The position numbers and the translations under genes are program-made. Below, one piece after another: positions 1 through 9,902 of a stretch of 64,000 bases of DNA; positions within the stretch are counted from its first letter, which is position 1, and every line of letters starts with the position of its first letter. The stretch is from NCBI GenBank assembly GCA_021736185.1, contig JAIPGJ010000002.1, positions 143 through 64,142 on the forward strand, written 5' to 3'. This stretch comes from Fidelibacterota bacterium (GTDB lineage Bacteria > Fidelibacterota > UBA8477 > JABMPR01). The notes below the pieces were generated by a model. That model did not search any database. It saw only the letters and a program-made list of their open reading frames with translations, and had not been told where the DNA came from.

Positions 1-312
1 TCCCATTTTGAGACGGGTTTAATTTTTGAATCAAACCAGCCCAGAGGTATTTTGGTACGACATGGTCCTCAAGTCACTATTCGTGAATTTCTAACCAGAG
101 AGATCGTCTATGATGAAGAGATTAATTGGCATGCCAATACTTCAATAGCTTTAACACCAGGCAAGTATATCATCGATTTCTATGTGTATTATTGGGGATT
201 TCACGTCTGGAAATATAAAGGCTTTTTTATGGTTGATGAAGCTGCACCCACACACTTGATCTTAACCACACCACGGCTGGTTACGTCGAAACCTCAAGTC
301 GTTTTCAGGTAG
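1..312 (+). CDS. hypothetical protein, C-terminal fragment (frame open to window start)
   Basis: Frame 1 has no stop from nt 1 to the TAG at 310-312. The listed ORF 52..312 is only the part after an internal TTG. No motif recognised. Confidence 0.4.
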   Translation, partial: SHFETGLIFESNQPRGILVRHGPQVTIREFLTREIVYDEEINWHANTSIALTPGKYIIDFYVYYWGFHVWKYKGFFMVDEAAPTHLILTTPRLVTSKPQVVFR

Positions 313-380
313 CACCGGGAGGGTGTCTACGCCTGGGGCCGGTTACACAACAACAGGTCACAAAAAAAGGGGATTAAACC

Positions 381-746
381 ATGTCAAAACCAAAATTAAT
401 TGTTCCCGCTGTCAGTTTTCTCTCAGGTTTGATCCTGTGGATTGTTTTCCTCCTCTGGGGAAATCCTCAGACTCCCGGCATGCAATGGGTTGGATCACTT
501 TTCTGTCTGATCATTGCCGGGGTTTTCTATTTCTCGGCAGTCCAGTGCCGAATCGCTACGGGAGGGCGCAAAGGGAATCGGATCCGGACCATCGCCTTAT
601 TCCTCATGGCTGTTTTCACCTACTTTCAATCAGCGCTTTATGGCGCCATCATCCTGGGCATCGCCACTCTGGTCATCGGGGACATGGCCCGCCATGGAAC
701 TGATTTTGTGGATGCGGATACACCTTCGCCGAAAGACCAGGGATAA
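381..746 (+). CDS. small integral membrane protein (about 4 predicted TM helices), unknown function
   Basis: ATG start preceded by aaaaagggg. The 121-aa product is dominated by hydrophobic segments (LIVPAVSFLSGLILWIVFLLW, LFCLIIAGVFYF, LFLMAVFTYF, IILGIATLVIG). Confidence 0.5.
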   Translation: MSKPKLIVPAVSFLSGLILWIVFLLWGNPQTPGMQWVGSLFCLIIAGVFYFSAVQCRIATGGRKGNRIRTIALFLMAVFTYFQSALYGAIILGIATLVIGDMARHGTDFVDADTPSPKDQG

Positions 747-855
747 TTTGCATGGCTCGATATTTCTTAGCCCCTATGTCGGGATTAGAATCCCGACCCG
801 GGGGGCAAAAATCATTAATTTCCATTGCCAGTCTCCTTCATAAAAAGCGGGTGTT

Positions 856-1950
856 ATGAAATCAAAAATCCTTTTCCTTTTTCTTATGACTCCCTGTTTC
901 ATCTACCCCCAGGTCACCCTGGAAGCGGATGGACCCGGCAATACCTACGAACTGATCAACAGTGTCCTGGCCCCTGATGGTAATGTGGTTGAAAACCCGG
1001 AATGCGTCCATCCTGAGTTTGGACGTCACATCACCGAAGTCTGGGACGCTGACCTGAATCAATATGTTTTCGAGTTCTACATCCACGTGACACCAGACAA
1101 TGACCGCTGTATCAACTTTGACCGACAGCGGATGGAAATCAAAACCTACGGGGGGTCGCCTGATAATTTAAAAGGCGTGGTGGGAGAACGGATTGAATAC
1201 CATTGGAAATTCCGGCTGCCTGAAGGTTTTCAGCCCTCCACCAGCTTCACCCATATTCATCAAATCAAAGCCGTGGGGGGTGATGATGGTATGCCCATCT
1301 TCACCCTGACACCCAGAAAAGCCAGCCCCAACAGAATGGAGCTGAAACATGATAACACAACCAATGTAGTGACCGTTCCTTTAAGCCTGTTTGAAGGCGT
1401 CTGGGTGGCTTGTACCGAGATTCTCACCGTGGGTGTTAACGGCAGCTATTCCATGGAAATTCGCAAGGTGAGCGATGGAACCGTCCTGCTCTCATACAGC
1501 AACGACAATATCATGACCATCCGGGCTGACAATGACTTTATCCGTCCCAAATGGGGCCTTTATCGGAGTCTGGATCATCCCGATCATTTACGGGACGAAG
1601 CCATGCGTTTTGCCGGCTTCTCCATTGAAGAGCTGGCCGCTGATATTCGCGAAACAGAGCCTGTGACACCCGATAAAGTGTCCCTGCTCCAAAACTATCC
1701 CAATCCCTTCAATCCCAGTACAAATATTAGCTTCATGCTTCCCGAGCAGTCTCAAGTATCCCTGAGAATCGTTGATATATCGGGGAAAGATGTCCAGTTC
1801 CTGCTTGATGGAGAAGCCAGCGCCGGTCATCACCAGGTTCAGTGGGACGGGCTGACCCATTCCGGTAGCCTGGCTCCCAGTGGACCCTATTTTGTGTTGC
1901 TCCAGGCGCAGGGTCATTCATATTCAAGAAAATTGTTGCTGCTAAAATGA
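856..1950 (+). CDS. secreted protein with concanavalin-like (polysaccharide-lyase-like) domain and T9SS C-terminal sorting domain
   Basis: Has an N-terminal signal peptide. The block ERIEYHWKFRLPEGF...FTHIHQIK...PIFTL resembles PL7/PF14099-type lyase folds (from memory, unverified). The C-terminus NYPNPFNPSTNISF...RKLLLLK is a T9SS/FlgD-Ig-like CTD. Confidence 0.6.
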   Translation: MKSKILFLFLMTPCFIYPQVTLEADGPGNTYELINSVLAPDGNVVENPECVHPEFGRHITEVWDADLNQYVFEFYIHVTPDNDRCINFDRQRMEIKTYGGSPDNLKGVVGERIEYHWKFRLPEGFQPSTSFTHIHQIKAVGGDDGMPIFTLTPRKASPNRMELKHDNTTNVVTVPLSLFEGVWVACTEILTVGVNGSYSMEIRKVSDGTVLLSYSNDNIMTIRADNDFIRPKWGLYRSLDHPDHLRDEAMRFAGFSIEELAADIRETEPVTPDKVSLLQNYPNPFNPSTNISFMLPEQSQVSLRIVDISGKDVQFLLDGEASAGHHQVQWDGLTHSGSLAPSGPYFVLLQAQGHSYSRKLLLLK

Positions 1951-2137
1951 GCCCAGCCTGGCTGGAGACAGTGGGGCGGACAGATCAAAACCAAGTGACT
2001 ATGAAGATACCAGACCCCCCATTCGGAGCGAACACTTGCCCACGGCAGCAAACAAATGATGAATTCAGGAGTATAACTGATCTTGATGGACCAAAATTAA
2101 AATTGTCAACAATCTCCAATATCGATGGGGCCCCTGC

Positions 2138-3304
2138 ATGACCTTAATACTCATTTTCTTGCTTACGATCTCTGGCTTCGCCCAACATTATGATAAGCCG
2201 CCCAATTTTGGCAGACAAATCAATCACTTCCAGACCTCTGCTTATGAGTTGTATGCCTCAGATTTGATCTTTGGCAGTCCCAATGCTGATGGATTAAGGC
2301 AACCCATATACCGCATTGAAAATTTCCAGGATTATTTATACAAAGTGGTTGATATAGAGTCCGGGGCCATATTGATCTCATACCTGGCCGGTGAGAAGGT
2401 TCTTTTTTCGAAATACGGGACACTCTGGGCGGTCAATTATAGAAGTAATAGTGGGAATAACGTTCTGAGCGGGCTGGGTGACCATGGCTCCATTGAATAT
2501 CATGAATCCGATATATTCCACGAAGGAGACTTGTTGACCATCAGCGAGCTGAACCATCAATACCTGACCCTCGAATCTCAGCAGACCATTCACTGCTACT
2601 CTGTGGAGGGGACCTTGAACTGGTCCTATCGGTATCCATACGGGGACCTCAGTTTAGAGGAGGCATTTCTGTCTTCAGATGAAACCCTTCTGATTATTAA
2701 TCAACCCAAGGTCCGGGTTCAGGCCCTTGATATGGCTACCGGCAAGGTGCTGTGGAAGGTTGAAGGCAAGTATTGGGCAAGCGTGATTCCTTTCGCCTTG
2801 AATTCCAATGTTATCCTTTTTGATGGTTATTACAGCAAAGCAGGAATCATCAACCGAAGGGGCAAAAAGCTGTACGAACTGGACAAGCCAGGTGACTTGA
2901 GAGCGACAGCATACATCAATAACACCAGTTTGGTCAGTGGGAATTTGGTTATTCCTGATTTAACAAAAGAAGAACGACGCGTCAGATTACCCAGCCGGTT
3001 GGTCTCTGGTAAAGGCCAGGCAGTCACCCCCATTAGCTGGTCAAAGGAAGGGACCTACTTTGCCATCGTCTATGCCTATTGGGAAAAACTGGAACCGCCA
3101 GATTCCACGGTTGAGCGCTATCGGGTCGACGTTGTCTCCGCCGATGGCCGGGATATGGGATTCTTTTTCCCCAGAATTAAAGAAAAACTTGATGATGCTC
3201 AGATTCAGGTCCAAATCTCCAATGAGGGCTCCGAAGTGCTCTTTATTGGACGAGAAAGCGAAGGACTTCAGTTCATTTGCCGGGAGTATTCCATTTCACT
3301 CTAA
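2138..3304 (+). CDS. hypothetical secreted protein (possibly beta-propeller-like)
   Basis: 388-aa ORF with an N-terminal hydrophobic signal (MTLILIFLLTISGFAQ). No catalytic motif recognised. Confidence 0.5.
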   Translation: MTLILIFLLTISGFAQHYDKPPNFGRQINHFQTSAYELYASDLIFGSPNADGLRQPIYRIENFQDYLYKVVDIESGAILISYLAGEKVLFSKYGTLWAVNYRSNSGNNVLSGLGDHGSIEYHESDIFHEGDLLTISELNHQYLTLESQQTIHCYSVEGTLNWSYRYPYGDLSLEEAFLSSDETLLIINQPKVRVQALDMATGKVLWKVEGKYWASVIPFALNSNVILFDGYYSKAGIINRRGKKLYELDKPGDLRATAYINNTSLVSGNLVIPDLTKEERRVRLPSRLVSGKGQAVTPISWSKEGTYFAIVYAYWEKLEPPDSTVERYRVDVVSADGRDMGFFFPRIKEKLDDAQIQVQISNEGSEVLFIGRESEGLQFICREYSISL

Positions 3305-3431
3305 GCAAGACCCGCTGACCCCTTTGACCACCGCTACTGGCGGGGCAGGAAAGCTCAGGGTCCGACTGATGTATCGGGGCTAAAACGCAGGGCGTGAGTG
3401 ACTGCGAACATGATAGGGAAGCTGTTTACAT

Positions 3432-3899
3432 ATGGAAATCATCGGCAAAACAAGCATACATCCCGTCCTGTTTTACTCAGGTAAGTTTGCGGGTTACGCA
3501 ACCTGGGGAGCGCTGGCCGTTTCCCTCTTCACCCTTCCGAAAGAAACCAGGCTGGAGCCCCTTAGCTGGATATCATTTATCCTGCTTGGCCTGGGTTTGC
3601 TGGTCATAGTCACCAGTCTCATCAACCTGGGAAAATCAACCCGCTTGGGCTTACCTCAAGGACCAACCAGGCTCAAGACGAATGGGCTTTATAAACGGAG
3701 TAGAAATCCCATGTATCTGGGTTTTAACCTGCTCACCCTTTCCGCCATACTCCATCTTCATACCCCCCTCATCCTGGTCTCTGGTGTCTATAGCATCATG
3801 ATTTACCATTTCATCATCCTGGCCGAAGAGAAATTTATGGAACGTTGTTTTAAAGATGATTATATCCGGTATAAAGAAACTGTCAGAAGATATATTTAG
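3432..3899 (+). CDS. isoprenylcysteine carboxyl methyltransferase (ICMT/PEMT) family membrane protein
   Basis: The motif GLYKRSRNPMYLGFNLL plus multiple TM segments is typical of the ICMT/phospholipid methyltransferase family. Confidence 0.7.
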   Translation: MEIIGKTSIHPVLFYSGKFAGYATWGALAVSLFTLPKETRLEPLSWISFILLGLGLLVIVTSLINLGKSTRLGLPQGPTRLKTNGLYKRSRNPMYLGFNLLTLSAILHLHTPLILVSGVYSIMIYHFIILAEEKFMERCFKDDYIRYKETVRRYI

Positions 3900-3996
3900 C
3901 CCTGACCCAGGGAGCGTCTGTACACCGATCAGCAGCACCTCAGCTGCTGGTGTGAGAGATGCGGCCGACATGCGGCGATGATAAGCGGGGGACATC

Positions 3997-4473
3997 ATGA
4001 TCGAGTTCAAGACGACTGTTTCAGTTGCTGGTATCACAGCGCATCAAGTGTATGACTTCATGTTGAACTGTAACGATGCTGATTATCAAAAATGGTGGCC
4101 GGGAACCCATTTCGCATTCCATACCCGCCTGCACAAGCCAGGGGGTCTGGGTAATGTGGTGTATTTCGATGAGTCCGTGGGCCCGCAACGAATCAAATCA
4201 AAAGCCGTTGTGGTAGAAGCTGTCAAAGCGCAGAAGCTGGTCTGGCAGTTGAAAAAGGGGCTCAAATTACCGGTTTGGATTGAACTTTCTCTGGAAGATG
4301 ATGCTGCTGGAGTGGGGGTATTACATATAATGAAAGCAGGCTTCCCAGGGCGAGGAAGCATGTTCGATATTTTTTTTCGACTCATTTTGAATCATCATTT
4401 CGAGCGAGAGCTGAATGAGCATGTCCGTACCGAATTTTCTTTGATGGGCAAGCTATTTGCATCGCTCGCATAG
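3997..4473 (+). CDS. SRPBCC (polyketide cyclase/START-like) family protein
   Basis: 158 aa. The N-terminal pattern IEFKTTVSVAGITAHQVYDFMLN...YQKWWPG is typical of SRPBCC-fold proteins. Call made from memory of the family. Confidence 0.5.
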   Translation: MIEFKTTVSVAGITAHQVYDFMLNCNDADYQKWWPGTHFAFHTRLHKPGGLGNVVYFDESVGPQRIKSKAVVVEAVKAQKLVWQLKKGLKLPVWIELSLEDDAAGVGVLHIMKAGFPGRGSMFDIFFRLILNHHFERELNEHVRTEFSLMGKLFASLA

Positions 4474-4623
4474 CCAGCTAATTTATCTGACCTCCAGGTG
4501 AACCTGAGAAATCGAAGCTTCCCAGAGGCCGCTAAAACGCAGGACTTTAGACTGATCAAAAAAATGATAACCATGAAGACACCCGACCCCTGTTCGGATG
4601 AGTGAGAAAGGAAGACCATCAGC

Positions 4624-5412
4624 ATGACAAATGAGAATGACTCACCATCCCGGGAAACGGCGCGACATACACGCCTGGCTATAGTCTGGACCGTCCTGGG
4701 TTCCCTGGGCACCCTGGCAATATTTCCCTACATCCTCACCTTGAATCCCTCTTTGCTGGACGAGGTGACGCTCCCCTTACCCGTGGTGGTTCTGGTCTCT
4801 GTGCTCCAGACCGGTCTGCTCCTTCTTTTGTCCAGCTGGGTCGGACTCCGTCTCGGGGCAGTCGTTGGCCTTGATTCACCGCTGCTACGCGCCTGGGTTT
4901 ACCACACCGAGCGCCCCGTCATTGCCTTTCGCAAACTGGTCATCGCCATCTTCACAGGATTTTTCGGAGGATTCTTCATTCTTCTGCTGGACAAATTGTT
5001 CCAGCCATTCATGCCCAGCACCGTCCAGGTGGCAGAAATCAGTATCGAACCCTGGAAAGGCTTACTGGCTTCATTTTATGGGGGAATCACCGAAGAACTT
5101 TTGATGAGGCTCTTTCTCATGACCCTCATCACCTGGTTGATCTGGAAAATATTTCAGAAGGGTCAGGGTGCACCGACAGCCCTGGTCTTCTGGATCGCCA
5201 TTGTTGCCGCTGCCCTGCTCTTTGGGGCGGGACACTTGCCCACGGCTGCAGACCTCTGGCCCTTGACCACCATGGTTGTGACCCGAACCATCCTGCTGAA
5301 TGCTGTGGGCGGTATCGCCTTCGGCTTTTTTTACTGGCGCTGGGGACTGGAATATGCGGTCATCGCCCACTTTTTTGCCGATATCGCCATTCATGGGTTT
5401 GGCGGTATTTGA
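4624..5412 (+). CDS. CPBP family intramembrane glutamic endopeptidase (CAAX protease-like)
   Basis: Polytopic membrane protein with the motifs GITEELLMRLFL (EExxxR), LLFGAGHL and HFFADIAIH. Confidence 0.8.
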   Translation: MTNENDSPSRETARHTRLAIVWTVLGSLGTLAIFPYILTLNPSLLDEVTLPLPVVVLVSVLQTGLLLLLSSWVGLRLGAVVGLDSPLLRAWVYHTERPVIAFRKLVIAIFTGFFGGFFILLLDKLFQPFMPSTVQVAEISIEPWKGLLASFYGGITEELLMRLFLMTLITWLIWKIFQKGQGAPTALVFWIAIVAAALLFGAGHLPTAADLWPLTTMVVTRTILLNAVGGIAFGFFYWRWGLEYAVIAHFFADIAIHGFGGI

Positions 5413-5434
5413 TGGAGACCATCTGGGGAAGGGA

Positions 5435-6205
5435 ATGAGGAGAAAGAATAGAAAAATCGGCTTGGCTTTGAGTGGCGGTGCAGTCCTTGGTGCTGCACAT
5501 GTGGGTGTACTTAGAGCCTTGGAAGAATTCCATATTCCGATCCATTATGTGGCCGGCACCAGTGCCGGTGCTCTAATTGCAGCATTTTGTGCTTTTAACA
5601 AACCCTGGAGTGAGATTGAAGAAATAGCCTTAGACCTGAATTGGCTGGAGATTTCGGCGCTCTCTCTTTCAAAAATGGCTGTGCTCTCCAATGACAAACT
5701 CGCCAATCTTGTCAAAGAATACATTGGCGATGTGAATTTCAACCAAGCCAAAATACCTCTGGCCATGATTGCCACGGATATTTCCACGGGAGAAAAAGTG
5801 ATCTTGAAAGAAGGCAGTGTAGCCAATGGGGTTCTGGCCAGTACCTGTATACCCGGTGTTTTTAAACCCCATAAAATAGCCGGTAGATTGCTGGTTGATG
5901 GCGGCCTGGTAGAAAATGTTCCCATTACGCCCTTAATCGAAATGGGTGCTGATTTCATTATTGCTGTTGACTTAATTGCCGGGTATTCCCATAAAATGCC
6001 TACCAACTTTGTTGAAGTTTTACTCAACTCTCTTGATTTTACCATCACGGCTTCCACAAAACTCCAAACTCAGGCTGCAGATGTTCTGATTAAACCAGAT
6101 TTGTCGCCCTTTAATAAGATAGATGCCCATCAGACAGGGGCACTCATTGAAAAAGGATATGAGGCCGCTCGGAAAGAATTAAGCCAGCACAAAGAGCTTT
6201 TATAA
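5435..6205 (+). CDS. patatin-like phospholipase
   Basis: Contains the glycine-rich oxyanion loop LSGGAVLGAAHVG, the GxSxG nucleophile GTSAGA and the catalytic DGG (LVDGGLVENVP). Start moved to the ATG at 5435 (ggggaaggg upstream) to avoid overlap with the CPBP gene. Confidence 0.85.
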   Translation: MRRKNRKIGLALSGGAVLGAAHVGVLRALEEFHIPIHYVAGTSAGALIAAFCAFNKPWSEIEEIALDLNWLEISALSLSKMAVLSNDKLANLVKEYIGDVNFNQAKIPLAMIATDISTGEKVILKEGSVANGVLASTCIPGVFKPHKIAGRLLVDGGLVENVPITPLIEMGADFIIAVDLIAGYSHKMPTNFVEVLLNSLDFTITASTKLQTQAADVLIKPDLSPFNKIDAHQTGALIEKGYEAARKELSQHKELL

Positions 6206-6639
6206 AAAAGCATATAGTGAAGAAATATGAATTGCGAAAGAAGCTATATTCGCTAAAGAGCAGTATCTGGCTTACCTCTTTGGCACAGCGCTATATGTTG
6301 ATTAAATTTGAGTGCTCAGAATTTTCTTAAATTGAGCAACATGCAGAACCAGGATCAATTCATCAGGAACAAATGGAAGAAATCAATAAAATATTTGAAA
6401 GAAAATTAAGGCCTTGGCTGTGACACAAGAGAAGACAAACCGGGGATGAGCTTTTGGTCGGTGGTTTCAATCGGTATTGGGGGAATGGCTGTACCGCTAC
6501 TTTACCCAACGGGCTCTGCAAACCCGCCATCGTTCTGATGACAGGGTTTGACACAGTCCTGGGACTTTCGTCAGGTTTTACCTATGCCCATACGGGTTGA
6601 GTGCAAATCCACCGGACAATCGGAGTGCAGGACAAAGAA

Positions 6640-7371
6640 ATGGAGCTTTTTATGTCAGATATAAATAAAAGTAATTCAATCATTCTTGGCCTCTGCCTTG
6701 TCATAGGATTGTCCTCCCTCGGATATTTGCTTGGCAATGCGGCCATACGCTACAAAGAGTATGAACGAACCGTGACGGTAAAAGGGTTGTCTGAGCGGGA
6801 GTACCCGGCAGATATTGTCATCTGGCCCATCCAATTCAGTGCAGCCAGCAATGACCTGGAAGCGCTGTACAAATCTATTGATGGTAGTACGGAGAAAATT
6901 AAGTCCTTTTTGGAGCGCTCCGGAATTGGGGCAGATGAAATTTCCTATTCTTCTCCAGCAATCACGGATAAATCAGCACAAAGATATGATAATCAGACCA
7001 AGGCTGAATTCAGATATGCCGCCTCCCAAACGGTCACGGTCTATTCAGAAAAGATTGAATTGGTCCGACAGGTTATGGGCAAAATGTCAGACCTGGGGAA
7101 ACAGGGAATCGTGTTTACCGGAGCGAACTACCAATCCCAAACTGAGTACATTTTCACCCGCCTGAATGAGGTGAAACCAGAAATGATTGAAGAGGCCACC
7201 AGGAAAGCTCGCGAGGTAGCAGAAAAATTCGCTTCCGACTCCAAAAGCACCCTGGGGAAAATCAAGACGGCGTCTCAGGGACAATTTAGTATTAGCGCAA
7301 GGGATAAGAATAATCCCCACATCAAAAAAATTAGAGTGGTTTCAACGGTTGCTTATTATCTCTCTGATTAG
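6640..7371 (+). CDS. SIMPL (DUF541) domain protein
   Basis: N-terminal TM anchor followed by RTVTVKGLSEREYPADIVIWPIQF, typical of SIMPL/YggE-like proteins. The start is ambiguous (GTG 6601, ATG 6640 or ATG 6652). Confidence 0.55.
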   Translation: MELFMSDINKSNSIILGLCLVIGLSSLGYLLGNAAIRYKEYERTVTVKGLSEREYPADIVIWPIQFSAASNDLEALYKSIDGSTEKIKSFLERSGIGADEISYSSPAITDKSAQRYDNQTKAEFRYAASQTVTVYSEKIELVRQVMGKMSDLGKQGIVFTGANYQSQTEYIFTRLNEVKPEMIEEATRKAREVAEKFASDSKSTLGKIKTASQGQFSISARDKNNPHIKKIRVVSTVAYYLSD

Positions 7372-7494
7372 CACCTTTAGACCTTAGGATATGGCCAGTG
7401 GCATGCAGGATGAGAATGATGCTAAACACTGGTGAAAAAAACTTCCTTTGGCTTGTTGGGAGCCCACAAGAATCCCCTGCAGAAAGAGATAAAG

Positions 7495-8607
7495 ATGGAT
7501 AAAAAAGACCGCCTACTGGGAAATGAAGACTGGTTCAAACAGCTTATCAAAAATTCTTTTGATATGATTGTGCTTCTGGATGCCAATGGAACACAGCGCT
7601 ATGTCAGTGAATCCTGTGAGAAGATTCTGGGATATAAACCCGAAGAACTAACCGGTATTCCCGTCATTGAAACCATGCTTCATCCCGATGATCAGGAGTC
7701 CACCAAAAAAGACTTTATCGACATTCTTGAAAAGAAAGCCCATGGTGGCGCACAGTATCGACATCGACATAAAAATGGAGGCTGGGTTTACCTGGAAGCC
7801 TTTGGCAACAATCAACTGGACAATCCTGTCATTAATGCTGTCGTGCTCAACGTTCGTGATATCACCGAACGCAAAAATGCAGAACAAATGATCAAGGAAA
7901 ATGAAGTCCGCCTGAAAGCGCTCAATGATACCAAAGATCGTTTTTTTTCTATCATCGGGCATGACTTGAAAAATCCATTTAGCAGCGTGGTTGGTTTTAG
8001 CAATCTTATTGTAGATCATATTCAGAAGGAGGACTATAAAAGCGTTGCCGAGTTTGCCACCATCATTCAAAGTTCTGCCAATCGAGCCATGAGTCTGCTG
8101 TCGAATCTGCTGGAATGGTCCCAGGCCCAAACCGGCAAAATTGAGTTTAATCCTGAGTATATTGAGTTGGTCTCGGTCATCAATGACGTGATGGCATTAT
8201 TCGATGATTCAGCCGGGCAAAAATCCATTACCCTTAGCAAAAACTTACCCCACAGTCTGCCTGTATTGGCTGACAAAGCCATGATTAATAGCATTCTGAG
8301 AAATCTGATTTCCAATGGGATAAAATTCACCCGACCGGGTGGCGTAATAATCATCATAGCTGAACAGGCAGAAAATGAATTGGTGGTTTCTGTGGCGGAC
8401 AATGGTGTTGGGATAAAGCCAGCAGCGGTTGACAAGTTATTCAGGATTGATACTGCCTATACAACAGCAGGCACCAACAGGGAAACAGGCACGGGTCTGG
8501 GCTTATTGCTTTGTAAGGAATTTATTGATCTGCATGGGGGCCGGATCTGGATTGAAAGCGAATTGGATAAAGGCAGTACCTTTAGCTTTTCAATACCGAT
8601 TTTATGA
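7495..8607 (+). CDS. PAS-domain sensor histidine kinase (cytoplasmic, orphan)
   Basis: Has a PAS region, the HisKA H-box FFSIIGHDLKNPF, N-box ISNGIKFT, G1 DNGVGI and G2 GTGLGL. No adjacent response regulator. ATG 7495 preferred over GTG 7432. Confidence 0.85.
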   Translation: MDKKDRLLGNEDWFKQLIKNSFDMIVLLDANGTQRYVSESCEKILGYKPEELTGIPVIETMLHPDDQESTKKDFIDILEKKAHGGAQYRHRHKNGGWVYLEAFGNNQLDNPVINAVVLNVRDITERKNAEQMIKENEVRLKALNDTKDRFFSIIGHDLKNPFSSVVGFSNLIVDHIQKEDYKSVAEFATIIQSSANRAMSLLSNLLEWSQAQTGKIEFNPEYIELVSVINDVMALFDDSAGQKSITLSKNLPHSLPVLADKAMINSILRNLISNGIKFTRPGGVIIIIAEQAENELVVSVADNGVGIKPAAVDKLFRIDTAYTTAGTNRETGTGLGLLLCKEFIDLHGGRIWIESELDKGSTFSFSIPIL

Positions 8608-8627
8608 CTGGGAAGAACTGTTTTAGC

Positions 8628-9788
8628 ATGAATAAAACAGCACCAACAGCTGACAGGGGAGACCCAAACAAGATGAATATTTGTCCGGTAACTTCACGCC
8701 GTGACCTGCTTGAATTCATTGAGTTCCCTTATGAATTATATCGCCATGATGCGGTGTGGGTCCCACCCTTACGAAGTGAACAACGCAAGCAGTTTGATGC
8801 CAAAACCAATCCTTTTCTTGATCACTGTGACTGGCGGCTCTTCCTCTTAAAAGACCAGGGAAAAACCATGGGACGGGTGGCTGCCTTTGTGGACAATATC
8901 GCCGTTGATTTCTGGCAGGAACGTATCGGTCACTTCGGTTACTTCGAATGTCTCCCAGACAAAGCCGCAGCAGCTCTGTTGCTGGAAGCTGCCCGAAATT
9001 GGCTCAAGGAACAGCGCTGCACCATGATGCGCGGACCCTGGAGTTTTGTGGCCCAGGAAATTGGTATGGTGGTGGAGGGCTTTGAACCATCCCCGGTTCT
9101 CATGGCTCCTTACAACCCCCCTCATTACCAGGATTTCATGACTGATTTCGGTCTGCACAAGGCCAAGGACCTTTTGTGTTGGTATATCTCTATGGCAGAA
9201 GGATATAAAATCCCCCAGCGCATCCTGACTCTGACCGATGCCGTCGCCAAGCGCTACGGGGTTAGCATTCGACCTATGGATATGAAAGCATACGATCGGG
9301 ATGTTCAAATCTTCACGGAACTCTCCAATCATAGCATTAACGCAAACTGGGGCTTCTCTCCAGTGACTGTGGCCGAGGCCAATGCCATCGCCCAGGATAT
9401 GAAGCAAATCATCCAGCCCAAAGGGGTGCTTTTTGCCGAGGATAAAAATGGGCGCCCCATCGGATTTGCTGTGACCCTCCCCGATATCAACTCCCTGCTC
9501 AAAGGATTGAGGGGGCGCTTGTTTCCCTTTGGTTTTATCAAGCTGCTGTGGGGCATCCCACGGCTGCGGCGCTATCGCATGTTCGCCCTGGGGGTCATCC
9601 CTGAATTTCAGGGCAAGGCCGTGGACAGCCTGCTTTACCGGGCACTTAATGAATCCCTCGCTACACCGGATATGTGGATGGAGATAAACTACGTGCTGGA
9701 AGACAACTGGCCCATGGTCAATGCCATCGAAAAACTGGGAGCCAAGCCCTTGCGGCGCTATCGTGTATATGAATTGGACATCGCCTAG
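8628..9788 (+). CDS. putative GNAT-fold acyltransferase (about 380-aa family)
   Basis: Overall pattern (EFPYELYRHD..WVPPL, PYNPPHY..F...GL.KAKDL, GVIPEFQGKAVDSLLY) matches a family usually annotated as N-acetyltransferase. Start ambiguous (8628 or 8673). Confidence 0.45.
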   Translation: MNKTAPTADRGDPNKMNICPVTSRRDLLEFIEFPYELYRHDAVWVPPLRSEQRKQFDAKTNPFLDHCDWRLFLLKDQGKTMGRVAAFVDNIAVDFWQERIGHFGYFECLPDKAAAALLLEAARNWLKEQRCTMMRGPWSFVAQEIGMVVEGFEPSPVLMAPYNPPHYQDFMTDFGLHKAKDLLCWYISMAEGYKIPQRILTLTDAVAKRYGVSIRPMDMKAYDRDVQIFTELSNHSINANWGFSPVTVAEANAIAQDMKQIIQPKGVLFAEDKNGRPIGFAVTLPDINSLLKGLRGRLFPFGFIKLLWGIPRLRRYRMFALGVIPEFQGKAVDSLLYRALNESLATPDMWMEINYVLEDNWPMVNAIEKLGAKPLRRYRVYELDIA

Positions 9789-9902
9789 TTAGCCGTGATC
9801 GTCATGGCGCGCAGCCCAATTACGCTTTTGAGTTGGTCCCGGCAGGCCTTAGATTGGCTCAATTAGAAAAGACACTGACGAAAAGACCGGGGGGGAGTAT
9901 TC

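Noticed and set aside
778-797. The hairpin GTCGGGAT-TAGA-ATCCCGAC after the 381..746 gene could be a terminator.
   Set aside because: The 8-bp stem is real, but it is followed by CCGGGGGGCAAAAA rather than a T-run. I cannot support it as an intrinsic terminator.
323-843. Overlapping ORFs 323..703 and 514..843 compete with 381..746.
   Set aside because: Their products are Pro/Arg/Ser/His-rich and non-protein-like. The 381..746 frame gives a coherent multi-TM protein with an RBS.
1947-2141. A 64-aa ORF between the lyase-like gene and the 2138 gene.
   Set aside because: It overlaps both neighbours' boundaries, has no RBS or motif, and its composition is unlike the coding regions around it.
5300-5434. 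A 45-codon N-terminal extension of the patatin ORF that overlaps the CPBP gene.
   Set aside because: The extension has no patatin homology, overlaps the upstream gene by more than 100 nt, and an internal ATG (5435) with an RBS starts right at the conserved glycine-rich loop region.
6590-6615. A tRNA T-arm-like string, GGGTTGAGTGCAAATCCACCGG.
   Set aside because: No acceptor, D or anticodon arms can be built around it, and it does not match the GGTTCRANYCC consensus.
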